A DNA stretch of 64,000 nucleotides from Thecamonas trahens ATCC 50062 (lineage: Eukaryota; Protista; Apusomonadida). The stretch is from NCBI RefSeq assembly GCF_000142905.1, contig NW_013657644.1, positions 300,826 through 364,825 on the forward strand, given 5' to 3'. A program made the position numbers and the translations under genes. Shown piece after piece: positions 46,755-57,412 of this stretch (positions are counted from its first letter, which is position 1; each line of letters starts with the position of its first letter). The notes beneath the pieces were generated by a model. That model was not told the origin of the DNA and did no database searches. It saw only the letters and a program-made list of their open reading frames with translations.

Positions 46755-49205
46755 ATGGGGGACGACTTGTGGAGCGCAGCAAAAGCTGGGGACAAGGCGC
46801 GTGTGCGCAAGTGGCTCAAGCGTGGAGCTGGGGTCAATGCCCGCAACAAGGCCGGGTGGACAGCACTGATGTACGCCGCCAAGGGCCACCACAACGAGCT
46901 GGTGGAGTACTTGGTGAGCAAGGGTGCTGATGTCAATGCTCTGGACAAGTACAATGAGAGTGCTGCGGTCTGGGCCGCTACAGAGGGCCACTTTGATACC
47001 GTGGCTCAGCTACTTGCTGCCGGCGCAGACGTCGATGCCGCAAACGACGACGGCGAGTCGCTCCTGGCTCTGGCCGTCATCTACGGCGACGTGCCGGCGG
47101 TTCGTGCTGTGCTTGCCGCCGGCGCTGCGGTCGATAGCTCGGATGCCAAGGGCTGGACTCCGCTCGTCCGTGCTATTCGCTGCCAGTACTACGACATGGT
47201 CCGCGAGCTGGTCCGCGCTCGCGCCTCGCTCGCTGTGACCGACGCCAAAGGCTGGACACCGCTGCACTGGGCATCATCGCTCGGCGACCTGCGGGCGGTT
47301 GAGTTTCTGCTCGGCGCCGGCGCTGATCCGTCGGCGACTGCTGGGCCCGACAACGTCACGCCGTACGACGTGGCTGGCTCGCTCGAGGTCAAGCTCTTCC
47401 TCCAGGCCGGCCATGGGCTCAAGTATCCGTCGCTTGTTCACCGCGGCAGCAGCGGGGCCGCCATGGCCGGCAGCGCGTATACTGAGCTGCAGGTTGGCGG
47501 CGACGAGGCTGTTGCCGTCAAGCGGGCGCGCGACCACGCAGCGCGGGCGGCGGCGGCGCGGACGCGGGCCCAGCACGAGACCGAGCTCCTGAGCGAGCTG
47601 CACGCGTCGCTCCACGGCGCACCCGGCGGGCCTGAACGTGCGCCCGGCGGCTCAGCGCCGATCCGCACCGGAGTCAGCGCCGAGCTGCAGGCACGGCTGG
47701 CGGCGGCGTACCGGTCGTCGTCAGCGGCACGCGAGTCGGCGCAGGTGGCGGCGTCGAGCGCGCCGGCGCCGGGTGCGGCGCTCTCGCTGGCACAGGCGGC
47801 GGCAGCCGGCCGGGTCGACGTCATTCACCGACTGCTTGACGAGGGCCAAGCGGCCGACGAGGAGGATCCAGCAACCGGGTGGACGCCGCTCCACTTTGCG
47901 GCCCAGGCCGGGCATGCACCCGCGCTGCAGGCGCTCACCTCACGCGGCTTTGTCGACGTCAACCGGGTCGGCGAGCCCGGAGTGACGCCACTGCTCCTCG
48001 CGTCGGCTGCCGGCCACTGGGAGGCTGCCGACGTGCTGGTGGCGCACTCGGCGGCGCTCGACGTGTTCGACCCGAACGACGAGTGCCCGCTGCAGCATGC
48101 AGCGCGGGCCAACAACTTTGTTAAGGTCCAGCACTTGGCCAGCCTCGGCTCGCCGGTGGACGTCATCGACGCGCGTGGCATGTCGCCGATCCACTGGGCG
48201 GCTGTCCACGGCTCGCGCGACATGGTCAAGATGCTCCTCGGGGCCGGGCTTGGCATCAACGACGCGGACGACGATGGCTGGACCGTCCTTCACCACGCGG
48301 CGTACAACGATCGCGCCAGGCTCGTGACCTGGCTCCTTCGCCACGGCGCCAAGTCCGGGGCCAAGACGGCGTCCGGCGAGCGCCCTGCTGACGTTGCCTC
48401 GGCGTCAGCCCAGCAGGCCATCAAGAACCACATCTACGAGTCGAAGCTCGTCCGCGCCGCCGAGGACGCCAAAGACGAGATGGTCAAGCACCTTGTCGAC
48501 GCCGTGGGTGTCGACGTCAACGCCACCAACGCCGCCGGCAACTCGGCGCTCATGTACGCGGTCATGTACGAGAACGTCGAGCTCACACAGTTTTTGCTCG
48601 CCCACGGCGCCGACCCCTCGGTCATGAACACCGACGAGCGGACGCCGCTCTGGTTTGCAGCGCAGTATGCCGATCCACAGCTCTCGCTCCTCCTCGCCGA
48701 CGCGCTGACCGCGGCCCATGCCGCTGCCGCCAACAAGCTTGCCGCCGTTTACCTGCAGGACTATTCACACACCGACGCTCAGACGCTCGCATACACGTCG
48801 GACAACGACCGCGACGTCTTCGTCTACCTCCGCTCAGCACCGTCGCAGTTTGCGCCGCGCCGCGCCCGGACCGACGCCTCGCCGGCCGCCGTCGACGACT
48901 CGATCATGCTCCACCCGCCGCCGCGTGTCGACTTCCGCTGGTCCGCCCCGCTTGTCGACTACCTCATGGCTGGCCGCAAGTCGATGAACGTCAAGGACTC
49001 TGCCGGAGAGACACCGCTTTTCTACGCCGCTCGTACCGGCGACCTGGACCTTGCCCGCGAGATGCTCCTCCGCGGCGCCGCTGCCTCTTCGGTCAACGAC
49101 GCCGGCCAGACGCCTGCAAATGTGGCCGCCGCGCCAGCCCTCGGCGACATGCTTGCCTCGTCGGCCCGGGACCCCATCCACGTGTGGAAGTCGAAGAGCA
49201 AGTGA
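46755..49205 (+). CDS. Large multi-ankyrin-repeat protein
   Basis: More than 14 ankyrin repeats (GWTALMYAA, GWTPLHWA, GWTPLHFAA, GWTVLHHAA, GETPLFYAA) in several clusters. Confidence 0.92.
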   Translation: MGDDLWSAAKAGDKARVRKWLKRGAGVNARNKAGWTALMYAAKGHHNELVEYLVSKGADVNALDKYNESAAVWAATEGHFDTVAQLLAAGADVDAANDDGESLLALAVIYGDVPAVRAVLAAGAAVDSSDAKGWTPLVRAIRCQYYDMVRELVRARASLAVTDAKGWTPLHWASSLGDLRAVEFLLGAGADPSATAGPDNVTPYDVAGSLEVKLFLQAGHGLKYPSLVHRGSSGAAMAGSAYTELQVGGDEAVAVKRARDHAARAAAARTRAQHETELLSELHASLHGAPGGPERAPGGSAPIRTGVSAELQARLAAAYRSSSAARESAQVAASSAPAPGAALSLAQAAAAGRVDVIHRLLDEGQAADEEDPATGWTPLHFAAQAGHAPALQALTSRGFVDVNRVGEPGVTPLLLASAAGHWEAADVLVAHSAALDVFDPNDECPLQHAARANNFVKVQHLASLGSPVDVIDARGMSPIHWAAVHGSRDMVKMLLGAGLGINDADDDGWTVLHHAAYNDRARLVTWLLRHGAKSGAKTASGERPADVASASAQQAIKNHIYESKLVRAAEDAKDEMVKHLVDAVGVDVNATNAAGNSALMYAVMYENVELTQFLLAHGADPSVMNTDERTPLWFAAQYADPQLSLLLADALTAAHAAAANKLAAVYLQDYSHTDAQTLAYTSDNDRDVFVYLRSAPSQFAPRRARTDASPAAVDDSIMLHPPPRVDFRWSAPLVDYLMAGRKSMNVKDSAGETPLFYAARTGDLDLAREMLLRGAAASSVNDAGQTPANVAAAPALGDMLASSARDPIHVWKSKSK

Positions 49206-49796
49206 AGCCATAGTCACTGTACCCCTTGAATCCCGCACTACTGTGCAGCACGATTGGCGCGACCCGTCGTTCGCAACGTCGTCGTCGTCGCCGTCGTCGT
49301 CGCCGCCGCCGCGGGTCGGAGTTCCGATGGCCGAGAGCACCTGCATGGCGCTAGTCTGCTCCGAGGCAGCCAGTGCGCGCGAGACAAGCTTGCCGGCACT
49401 GCGCGAGTCGACTAGCGAGGCGGCGTCGTCCATGTTGGGCATCCGCACCGATCCCATCGACTTGCGCACCGCGTGGCCGCGGTACCGCGACTGGACCACT
49501 CTCGCGGCAGAGTCGAGCGCTGCACGATGGCGCGCGGCCTCAGCATCAAACCCGCTTTCGAGCAAGCCAGCAGCACGGTTGACCACTCCATGCGCACCCG
49601 CCGTCTCCACCAGCGACGGCGCATCGTCCATGCCCGGCACCTTTACCGCGCCCAAGCTCGTCCGCACCACATGTCCGCGGTACCGCGACTGCACCACCTT
49701 GGCCGCCCTCTCCAGCGCCAGGACCCGCCCCTCTGCAACCTTGCCCAGTCCGCCCGCAGCCGCACCTCCAGGCGCCACACTCCCGCTTCGTGTCAT
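48834..49796 (-). CDS. Small IQ (calmodulin-binding) repeat protein; 3' end uncertain, coding signal ends near 49236
   Basis: Two ~57-aa repeats, each with an IQ motif (AAKVVQSRYRGHVVR, AARVVQSRYRGHAVRK), then an acidic patch and SCCTVV. The remainder of the ORF is antisense to the ankyrin gene. Confidence 0.7.
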   Translation of the reverse strand: MTRSGSVAPGGAAAGGLGKVAEGRVLALERAAKVVQSRYRGHVVRTSLGAVKVPGMDDAPSLVETAGAHGVVNRAAGLLESGFDAEAARHRAALDSAARVVQSRYRGHAVRKSMGSVRMPNMDDAASLVDSRSAGKLVSRALAASEQTSAMQVLSAIGTPTRGGGDDDGDDDDVANDGSRQSCCTVVRDSRGTVTMASLALRLPHVDGVPGRRGKHVAEGWRGGHICRRLAGVVDRRGSGAAEEHLAGKVQVAGTSGVEKRCLSGRVLDVHRLAASHEVVDKRGGPAEVDTRRRVEHDRVVDGGRRGVGPGAARRKLRRC

Positions 49797-50316
49797 GTCC
49801 TGGGTTGGGTGTGGGTGTGGGCATGGCGTGGTCTGCTGAGCGTGTCGGTGTGGTTACGCTGTTTGGCGGCCTGTGCGCCCATCAAACAGCATTCTCGCAC
49901 TCTCCACAGCCTCACCCATCACCCCACTCAACCCATCCACCCCATCCTCCAACAACCCACCTCCACTCACACCCAATCTCTACTGCTCCTCTCCCATCGC
50001 CACCTTTCTTCTCCTTTCCTTTCCCCATCGCCACCTACATTCTCTCGCTCCGCCGCGATCGAGAACCCGATCGTTCGCTTGCGGCGAAACGGGTTGGCGG
50101 CGAGTAGGGCGTGGGCAAGACATGGTGGAGATAAAAAAATACGCAACCTGACACTTCACTCGCGACACTGCGTGTGCCTCAAGCACAACTTCAACAGTCT
50201 CTGGTCTGGAGATCAACATCGCCAAGAGCAAGACTAGAGACAACGCTGGACTCGGCAGACTTTTCTAGCTCTCTTACCTCAGCACCTGGACAGCAAGGTA
50301 TCACCGCGACAGCAAC

Positions 50317-53300
50317 ATGTCGGTGACCGAAGCTCAGGCGTCATGGTGGCAGACGCTCACGCTGCGGTTCTTCAATCCGCTGCTGCACCTCGGGGCCAAG
50401 CGAGCCCTCGAGCTTGAGGTAGGTGGCAAAGTGTTGAGGTGAGCATGCGTGCAGGTGGTGGTGCCAGGTGGCTAGGCTCCCTGCGAAAGAGCGGCGTGTC
50501 TTTGGAGGAGCACGTGCGATGATGCGGCCAAATCGGCGCTTCACTAACTCCGCAATGTGGCGCACACGAATGATTAACGGGCTCACGTGGTTCGGCGCTG
50601 GCTCCGCTACCACAGGATCTTGCGCCGCTGCGGGAAGAGATGCGGACAGGAAGTGTGGTGGCGCGGCTGGATGAGAGCTGGGCCGGCGAGGTGCCTGCGG
50701 GCCAGTTCGAGCACGCTCCGACGCCACGCAAGTCGCTGCTGCGGGCGCTGGTGGACGAGGCCAAGGTGCCGCTGAGCCGTGCGGGGCTACTGGGCTTAGT
50801 CTACGGCTTTGTGCCGTTTCTCGGCCCACTCTTTCTCTGGCTTCTCATCCAAAACCTAAAGGAGGACTCGCCATCGGTGTGGATCGGCTTTGGCCTCGCT
50901 CTCGCCATGGGCCTCTCGACGCTCACCATGGCAGTGTCGTCGAACCACGCTTTCCGGCTTGGCCTCCACGGCGCGGTCACCATCCATGCGGCCGTCCTCG
51001 GGCTCATCTACAACAAGGCGCTCGTGCTCTCCAACACCACCCGCCAGTCGCACTCGGTTGGCGCCATCGTCAACATGATTGCAGTCGATGCCACGTACAT
51101 CTTTGAGTTTGTCATCCGCGGCACGGACGTTCTCGTCCTCCCGCTGCAGCTCATCCTTGCGCTTGTTCTCCTCTTTATCCTCCTCGGTCCGTCAGCGCTC
51201 GTCGGCCTCGCGGTCATCCTCCTCGCCATCCCGACGATGGGCTTCATCTCCAAGGCGATCAAGAAGCACATCCTGACCAAGCTCGTCCGCGGCGACACCC
51301 GCCTCAAGATCACCAAGGACGCCATCCAGGGCATCCGCGCCATCAAGGCCCACGCCTGGGAAGACGCATTCACCGGCAAAATCCAGGAGCTCCGCGCCGC
51401 CGAGCTCGACGCGCTGCAGAGTTTCTATCTGGTCCAGTCGGGCCTCGTTGTCGTCATCGCTGTCCTCACTCCGATCATTGCGCTCACCACGTTTTCGACG
51501 TACGCCGGCGCCGGCAACGCACTCACCGCCGAAACCGTTTTTGCCGCTCTCGCCATTTTCCAGCTCATTGCTCTGCCGATTGTGCGGTTCCCCATGCTCG
51601 CCTCTCGGGCTGTCTCGATGTATGTCGCCGTCGGCCGCATCGACGCCTTCCTTCGCCTCCCGGAGCGGATCCCGCTCGACCGCGCCTCTGACCGCCAGCT
51701 GGTTGTCATGGCGTCGCCGTCAGGGAGGCCGTCGTACGAGTCGCGCGACGCGCCGCCGTCGGCACCGGCTGTCCGCATCGTCGACGGCGATTTTGCCTGG
51801 GAGGAGCGCAAGGCCAGCGCCGAGCCGGCCGAGGCCAAGATCGTATCTGCCGATGTCGAGAGCGTGGCAAGTGCGAGCGAGAGCCCGACCACCACCCTCT
51901 CGGGTATCAATCTCACTGTCCCACACGGCTCTTTGACAGTGGTTGTTGGCCCGGTTGGCTGTGGCAAGTCGTCGCTCCTCGCCGCCATGCTGGCAAACAT
52001 CTCGATTGTCACCGGGTCGGTGGCGGTGACCGGGCGGCTGGCGTACGTGGCCCAGCAGCCGTGGATCGCCAACGCTACTCTTCGCGACAACATCGTGTTT
52101 GGGCTCGAGTTTGACGCGGTCCGGTACGATGCGGCCGTCGCAGCCGCGGCGTTGCGGCCGGACCTTGACGTCCTTGCCGCTGGCGACCTGACCGAGATCG
52201 GCGAGCGCGGCGTCAACTTGTCGGGCGGGCAGCGAGCACGGGTGGCGCTTGCCCGGGCCATCTACCGCGACGCTGACGTCTACCTTTTGGACGACATACT
52301 CTCTGCGGTCGATGCCCACACCGGCGTTGCCATTTTTCGCGACTGTATCGTCGGCAGCCTGCGGACGCGGACGAGGGTGCTTGTCACTCACCAGCTAAGC
52401 CTCCTGCGCCACGCCGACCAGGTCGTCTTTATGGGCGACGATAAGCTCGGCACCATTGCCGCCGTGGGCTCGTTTGACGAGCTGATGGCGCAGAACCCGG
52501 CGTTTGCGGACATGATTGCGAGCCACGCGACGCAAGCCGGCAGCGAGAGCCCGGCCGCGGCCGCGGCCTCGATGCTCTCGCTCGACTGGGGCTCGTCGTG
52601 GAGTGAGTCGCTCTGCGATGGAGGCGTGGGCCACGCCAAGGCGCGGGCTCGCGCCGAGTCGAGCATCGACATGCCGCCGCCGGCCACCACCGCCGTCTAC
52701 TCGGACTACGAGTACTACTCGGAGAGCGAGGGCGGGTACACCGACGAGATCTCAAGCACCGCCGAGAGCGAGAGCTGGCAGGGAGGCGTAGGCAAGGTGA
52801 TGCGGGCCAAGGCGACGGCGTCGACGACAGCATTCTACTCGCTCGACGACGATGCCGAGGCCGGGCCGGCGCCAAGTCCGGCAGCCGGAACCAAGCTCAT
52901 GACCGACGAGGACCGAGTCGAGGGTGCGGTCTCAAGTGCGGTGTACAAGGAGTTTTTCTCCTTCATCTCGCGCGGCCATCTGGCGATCATCATCGGCCTG
53001 TTTGTGGTCTCACTGGCGCTGCTGATGAGCAGCTCAGTCTGGCTTGCACACTGGACGCAGGAAGACACAGCACGGGCGCGGCGTGGCGAGTCGGACCGGC
53101 GGATTGGGTACTACGTCGCGGTGTATGTGTCAATTCTGGTCGGCGCGCTTGTCCTCACCATTCTCCGCGAGACAGCGTTTGTCAAGGCGATGATGGCGAC
53201 AGCGCTGGCGCTTCATGCCAGGCTTGTCGACAACGTGCTGCACCTCACGGTGCGGTTCTACGACACGACGCCTGTGGGGCGGGTCATCAACCGGTTTTCC

Positions 53301-54713
53301 AAAGACGTGGGCGTGGCGGATACCAAGGTGCTGATGATGCTGCGGTTTGGGATCATGCTCACGGTCGGGCTCAGCGGGTACCTGGCGATGGCGTCTGTGC
53401 TCACGTTTGGGGCACTGCCGGTGGTTATGGTGCCTGTCGTGTGGGGCATGAAACGGGTCTTTGGTCTCTACCGCAGCTCAGGGCGCGACCTCCAGCGGAT
53501 CGAGTCGATTACCAACTCGCCGATGCTGGCGCACTTTTCCGAGTCGTACACCGGCGCGGCCGAGCTGCATGCGTTTGAGCGCCTGGAGCACTTTTCGACG
53601 ATCAACACTCAGCTTGTGGACAACCACCATCGGGCGTACTACACCAACAAGCTCGCGACGCGATGGCTTGATCTGCGACTGGCCGGCGTTTCGGCGGGCC
53701 TCGTGGCAACAACGGTGGCGCTGGTTGTTGTCCTCCGGCCGCTACTCTCGCCGTCGTTTGCCGGCCTTGCGGTCCAGTCGATGCTTGCGCTCTCGGGCGA
53801 GCTCAGCCTCATTATCATGATTGCTGCCGAGCTGGAGACGGCGATGACGTCTGTTGAGCGGATCCTGACATATGTGCACCTTGTCGACGCCGAAGACGTT
53901 GACGCGGCCGAGGTCGAGGTGCCGGATGGATGGCCGGCAGCGGACGGGCCAGCAACTGACGCGCCGGCGGCGATTGCTTTTGACAACGTCTCGATGCGGT
54001 ACCGCGACGGACTGGAGCTTGCGCTCCGTAAGGTGTCGTTCTCGATTCCACGCGGGGCGCGGGTGGGCGTGGTCGGGCGGTCCGGCTCGGGCAAGTCGTC
54101 GCTAGTCCAGGCGCTGCTTCGGTTCATCCCACTTGCCGGTGGGCGGATCATGGTCGACGGACTCGACACGGCGCAGGTCTCGCTTCGGGCACTCCGGCAT
54201 AACGTGTTTCTCATTCCGCAGGCTCCGGTGCTGTTTGAAGACAGCATCCGTGCGAATCTCGACCCGCTCGGGGTGTGCGACGAGGCGCGGCTGTGGAAGG
54301 TGCTGGAGCAGACGCGGATGGCAGAGGCGGTCCGCAAGCTGCCGGACGGGCTGGAGACGGCGGTGGCGGCGGGCGGCGGTAACTTTTCGGTCGGCGAGCG
54401 GCAGTTGCTCTGCATCGGGCGTGCGCTCATTGCCGAGGTTGGCATTCTGCTGCTCGACGAGGCGACGGCGTCGATCGATGCAGAGTCGGACGCGGTGATG
54501 CAGTCGATGCTGCGCGACCACTTTGCGGTATCGGGCTGTACAGTCTTTACCATTGCTCACCGGCTCAACACGCTTGACGACTCAGACTACGTGCTGGTCA
54601 TGGATCAGGGGACGGTCGGCGAGTTCGGCCCGCCGGCCGAGCTCAAGGCGCGTAAGAACGGGCTCTACCGCGGTCTGCTTGACGAGTGGGCGGCGCAGAA
54701 GAAAAACGCGTAG
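50317..54713 (+). CDS. ABCC: ABC transporter subfamily C (short MRP type)
   Basis: join(50317..50418,50616..54713) restores the lasso motif (WWQTLTLRFFNPLLHLGAKRALELE|DL). NBD1 GPVGCGKSS / LSGGQRARVALARA / YLLDD; FYDTTPVGRVINRFSKD; NBD2 GRSGSGKSS / NFSVGERQL / LLDEATAS / IAHRL. Confidence 0.95.
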
Positions 54714-55763
54714 CTACGACTCGTAGTCATCGATGGTGTAGCGGGTGGAGGCATCGCAGTCGTAGCTGGACTCGCTGGATGTCGACGCCGCCGCCGGAAT
54801 GAGGATGCAGCCGCAGCAGGCGGCCATGTGGGCGAGCCAGAACCGCGAAGCAACCACCATTGAAGCGAGCGAGAAGCCCCAGGCGACAATCATGAGCACA
54901 AACGAGAAGGAGAAGCCAGCGTGCGGCGAGTTGCGGTAGCCCGGCGAGGAGAAGACAATGACGGCGTAGAGGAACCAGGCGAGGAAGAAGCCCGCGGTCG
55001 AGGCGTAGAGGGCAATGCGGACGGTCCACTTGCGGGTGTAGGTGGGCGACCATGAGCGGAGAGCAAGAGCGCCACCAAAGACGACGGCGACAGCCGAGGC
55101 AATGAGGGCGATGATGGCAAAGGCGAGGGCGACGCCGCCTCCCGCCGCGGCGCGGAATGACGACGGCCCCACGTATTGCTTCAACACATCGGCAAGATCC
55201 GAGTTGCCGGCGCACGACTCGGCGGCGGCGCCACCAGGGTTGGCGCAGTGGCGGGCGAGGCCAACTGCGATGGAGGCGCGGCCGTACTCAACGGTGAACC
55301 AGCCGAGGGTGGAGACGGCGACGAGGGCGATGATGGCGGCGAGGGCGGCGAGGGCCACAACCAGGACCGGAACGCCGCGCATGGCCAGCTCTTGCTCACC
55401 ATACCAAGCCTCTTCCTCGACCCGCGACCGCGGGCGGCGGAGGATCTTGCGTGGTGCACGGAGCGCATCGTCCTCCCCGGGTGACGAGGCCGAGTGTGAG
55501 TCAGACGGGGTGGACGAACTCCATCGTCTGGCCTTGCGCGACTTGGACTTTGAGGACTTGGGGGATTTGGGCGAGGACTTTGAGGACTTGGGGGACTTGG
55601 GCGACTTGGGGGACTTGGGCGACTTGGACTTGGACTTGGACCTGGACTTGGATGACTTGGACCTGGATTTGGACTTGGGCGACTTGGACTTGGACTTGGA
55701 CTTGGACTTGGATGACTTGGACTTGGACTTGGAGGACTTGGACTTGGACTTGGCCGACGACAT
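54714..55763 (-). CDS. Claudin/PMP22-like four-TM protein with a (KS/KSP)n N-terminus
   Basis: Four hydrophobic helices. First loop W...GLARHC...C resembles W-GLW-C-C; GFSFSFVLMIVAW precedes TM4; juxtamembrane CCGC. An upstream exon in the gap is possible. Confidence 0.7.
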   Translation of the reverse strand: MSSAKSKSKSSKSKSKSSKSKSKSKSKSPKSKSRSKSSKSRSKSKSKSPKSPKSPKSPKSSKSSPKSPKSSKSKSRKARRWSSSTPSDSHSASSPGEDDALRAPRKILRRPRSRVEEEAWYGEQELAMRGVPVLVVALAALAAIIALVAVSTLGWFTVEYGRASIAVGLARHCANPGGAAAESCAGNSDLADVLKQYVGPSSFRAAAGGGVALAFAIIALIASAVAVVFGGALALRSWSPTYTRKWTVRIALYASTAGFFLAWFLYAVIVFSSPGYRNSPHAGFSFSFVLMIVAWGFSLASMVVASRFWLAHMAACCGCILIPAAASTSSESSYDCDASTRYTIDDYES

Positions 55764-56333
55764 GTCCGGACTCTGCTTCCACGGCAGCGACAGGAAGAAC
55801 GATAGGGGTGCGGCGGGTGTGTGTGTGTGTGGTGGGGGGGGGAGGGGGGGGGTGTGGTAACTACGTAGGTCGTACGAAGCTATANNNNNNNNNNNNNNNN
55901 NNNNNNNNNNNNNNNNNNNNNNNNNNNNNNNNNNNNNNNNNNNNNNNNNNNNNNNNNNNNNNNNNNNNNNNNNNNNNNNNNNNNNNNNNNNNNNNNNNNN
56001 NNNNNNNNNNNNNNNNNNNNGGCTCCGCCGGGTTTTTTTTTTTTTTTTTGAAGGCGGGTGGGGGGGGGGGAGGTGGATACAGTGCTGGCGGTAGCGGAGG
56101 CAGTAGTGGTAGTGGCAGCAGTGGCGGTAGTGGTGACGAGGTGAGGTGTGCGTAGGTGTATGTGTGTGTCTGCGTGTGCGTGTGCGTGTGCTTGGGCAGG
56201 TGAACGTTTCAACAGATTGGGTGGCAAACTGGCCGCGCCAGAAATCACGACCTTTTTGCGACGACGACTGGCGCCACTCGCAACTCACACGCTTGCGGCA
56301 GCACTTGTCGTACCGCAGCAGATAGGGCAAGAG

Positions 56334-57398
56334 ATGGAGGCCGAAAGTCATGCAAAGTGCTGCGGCCACGGCGCGTGTACCACAGGGAAGGTCGGGACCA
56401 AGCGGTGCTCACGCTGCAAGAGCATGGTCTACTGCTCGCGCGAGTGCCAGGTCGCCGACTGGAAGAGCCACAAGGTGGCGTGCAAGGAGAGCGGGGCGTG
56501 CAAGGAGAGCGGGGCGGACAAGGATGGAGCTGCGGCCAAGTGTGAAGTGGGGGCTGGGGCTGGGGCTGGAGCTGGAGCTGGGCCGAGCGGCACTGCCTGC
56601 CATGTGCGGCAGATGACGATGGAAGACCTCAAGCGGACGCCAAGCATGGAGGCGGCGATGAAGGCGGTGGTCGACGCAGTGACCGCCAACGATACCGAGG
56701 CGCTCAAGGCGGTGGCGCTCGGGTCGGCCGAGGGCCAGCTGGCGTACGCGCTGCTCAACACGGCTGAGCCGAACCCGACCGATTTTTTCCTCGCCGCGCA
56801 GGGCTTTATGGGGCGACAGGAGCTCGACGCAGCCATGATCTGCTTCCGCAAGACGATGGCGGCGGCGCGTGGGCGGTGGTCGACGCACGGGCCAGAGATG
56901 CTCGGCTCGCTGCTGTATTTGAGCATGCTCGCTGGTGCACGCATGTGGGTTCCCGAGAGCGTCCGCAACGAGGAGATCATCAAGTACTCGCGAAAGTTCA
57001 TGGGCGCGATCGGCAAGCACAAGGGCGCGGCGGCGAGGATCTCGCCGGTCCAGGTGGCGACGGTGGTGAACAACCTCGCAGGCGCGCTGTATGTCCGCGG
57101 CTACGAGAGCCGCAGTGCTAGCGATGCGCGCGACGCGCTCGCCTTCCACTCGATGGCGCTCAAGACATTTACCAAGAGCAACGACCGAGTCCGGTGGGCG
57201 CAGATCTCATCCTGTGTCGGCGCCGCCGCCGCGCTCCTCATCGAGCTCGGCGAGGCGACGCCCGACGATGTGCGCGCGGGCAAGAAGGCATTTGACGACA
57301 CGTTGACGGTCATCAACTCGTCAACCTCGCCGTCAGACTACGCTACGATTGCCGACGGCGTTGCTCGGGTCGATGTGGCGTACAAGGCGCTGGATTAG
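56334..57398 (+). CDS. MYND zinc finger + TPR-like helical protein
   Basis: C..C...KRCSRCKSMVYCSRECQVADWKSHKVAC (MYND), followed by helical repeats (ATVVNNLAGALY...ALAFHSMAL...WAQISSCVGAA). Confidence 0.85.
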   Translation: MEAESHAKCCGHGACTTGKVGTKRCSRCKSMVYCSRECQVADWKSHKVACKESGACKESGADKDGAAAKCEVGAGAGAGAGAGPSGTACHVRQMTMEDLKRTPSMEAAMKAVVDAVTANDTEALKAVALGSAEGQLAYALLNTAEPNPTDFFLAAQGFMGRQELDAAMICFRKTMAAARGRWSTHGPEMLGSLLYLSMLAGARMWVPESVRNEEIIKYSRKFMGAIGKHKGAAARISPVQVATVVNNLAGALYVRGYESRSASDARDALAFHSMALKTFTKSNDRVRWAQISSCVGAAAALLIELGEATPDDVRAGKKAFDDTLTVINSSTSPSDYATIADGVARVDVAYKALD

Positions 57399-57412
57399 GC
57401 ACGGTATGTCTG

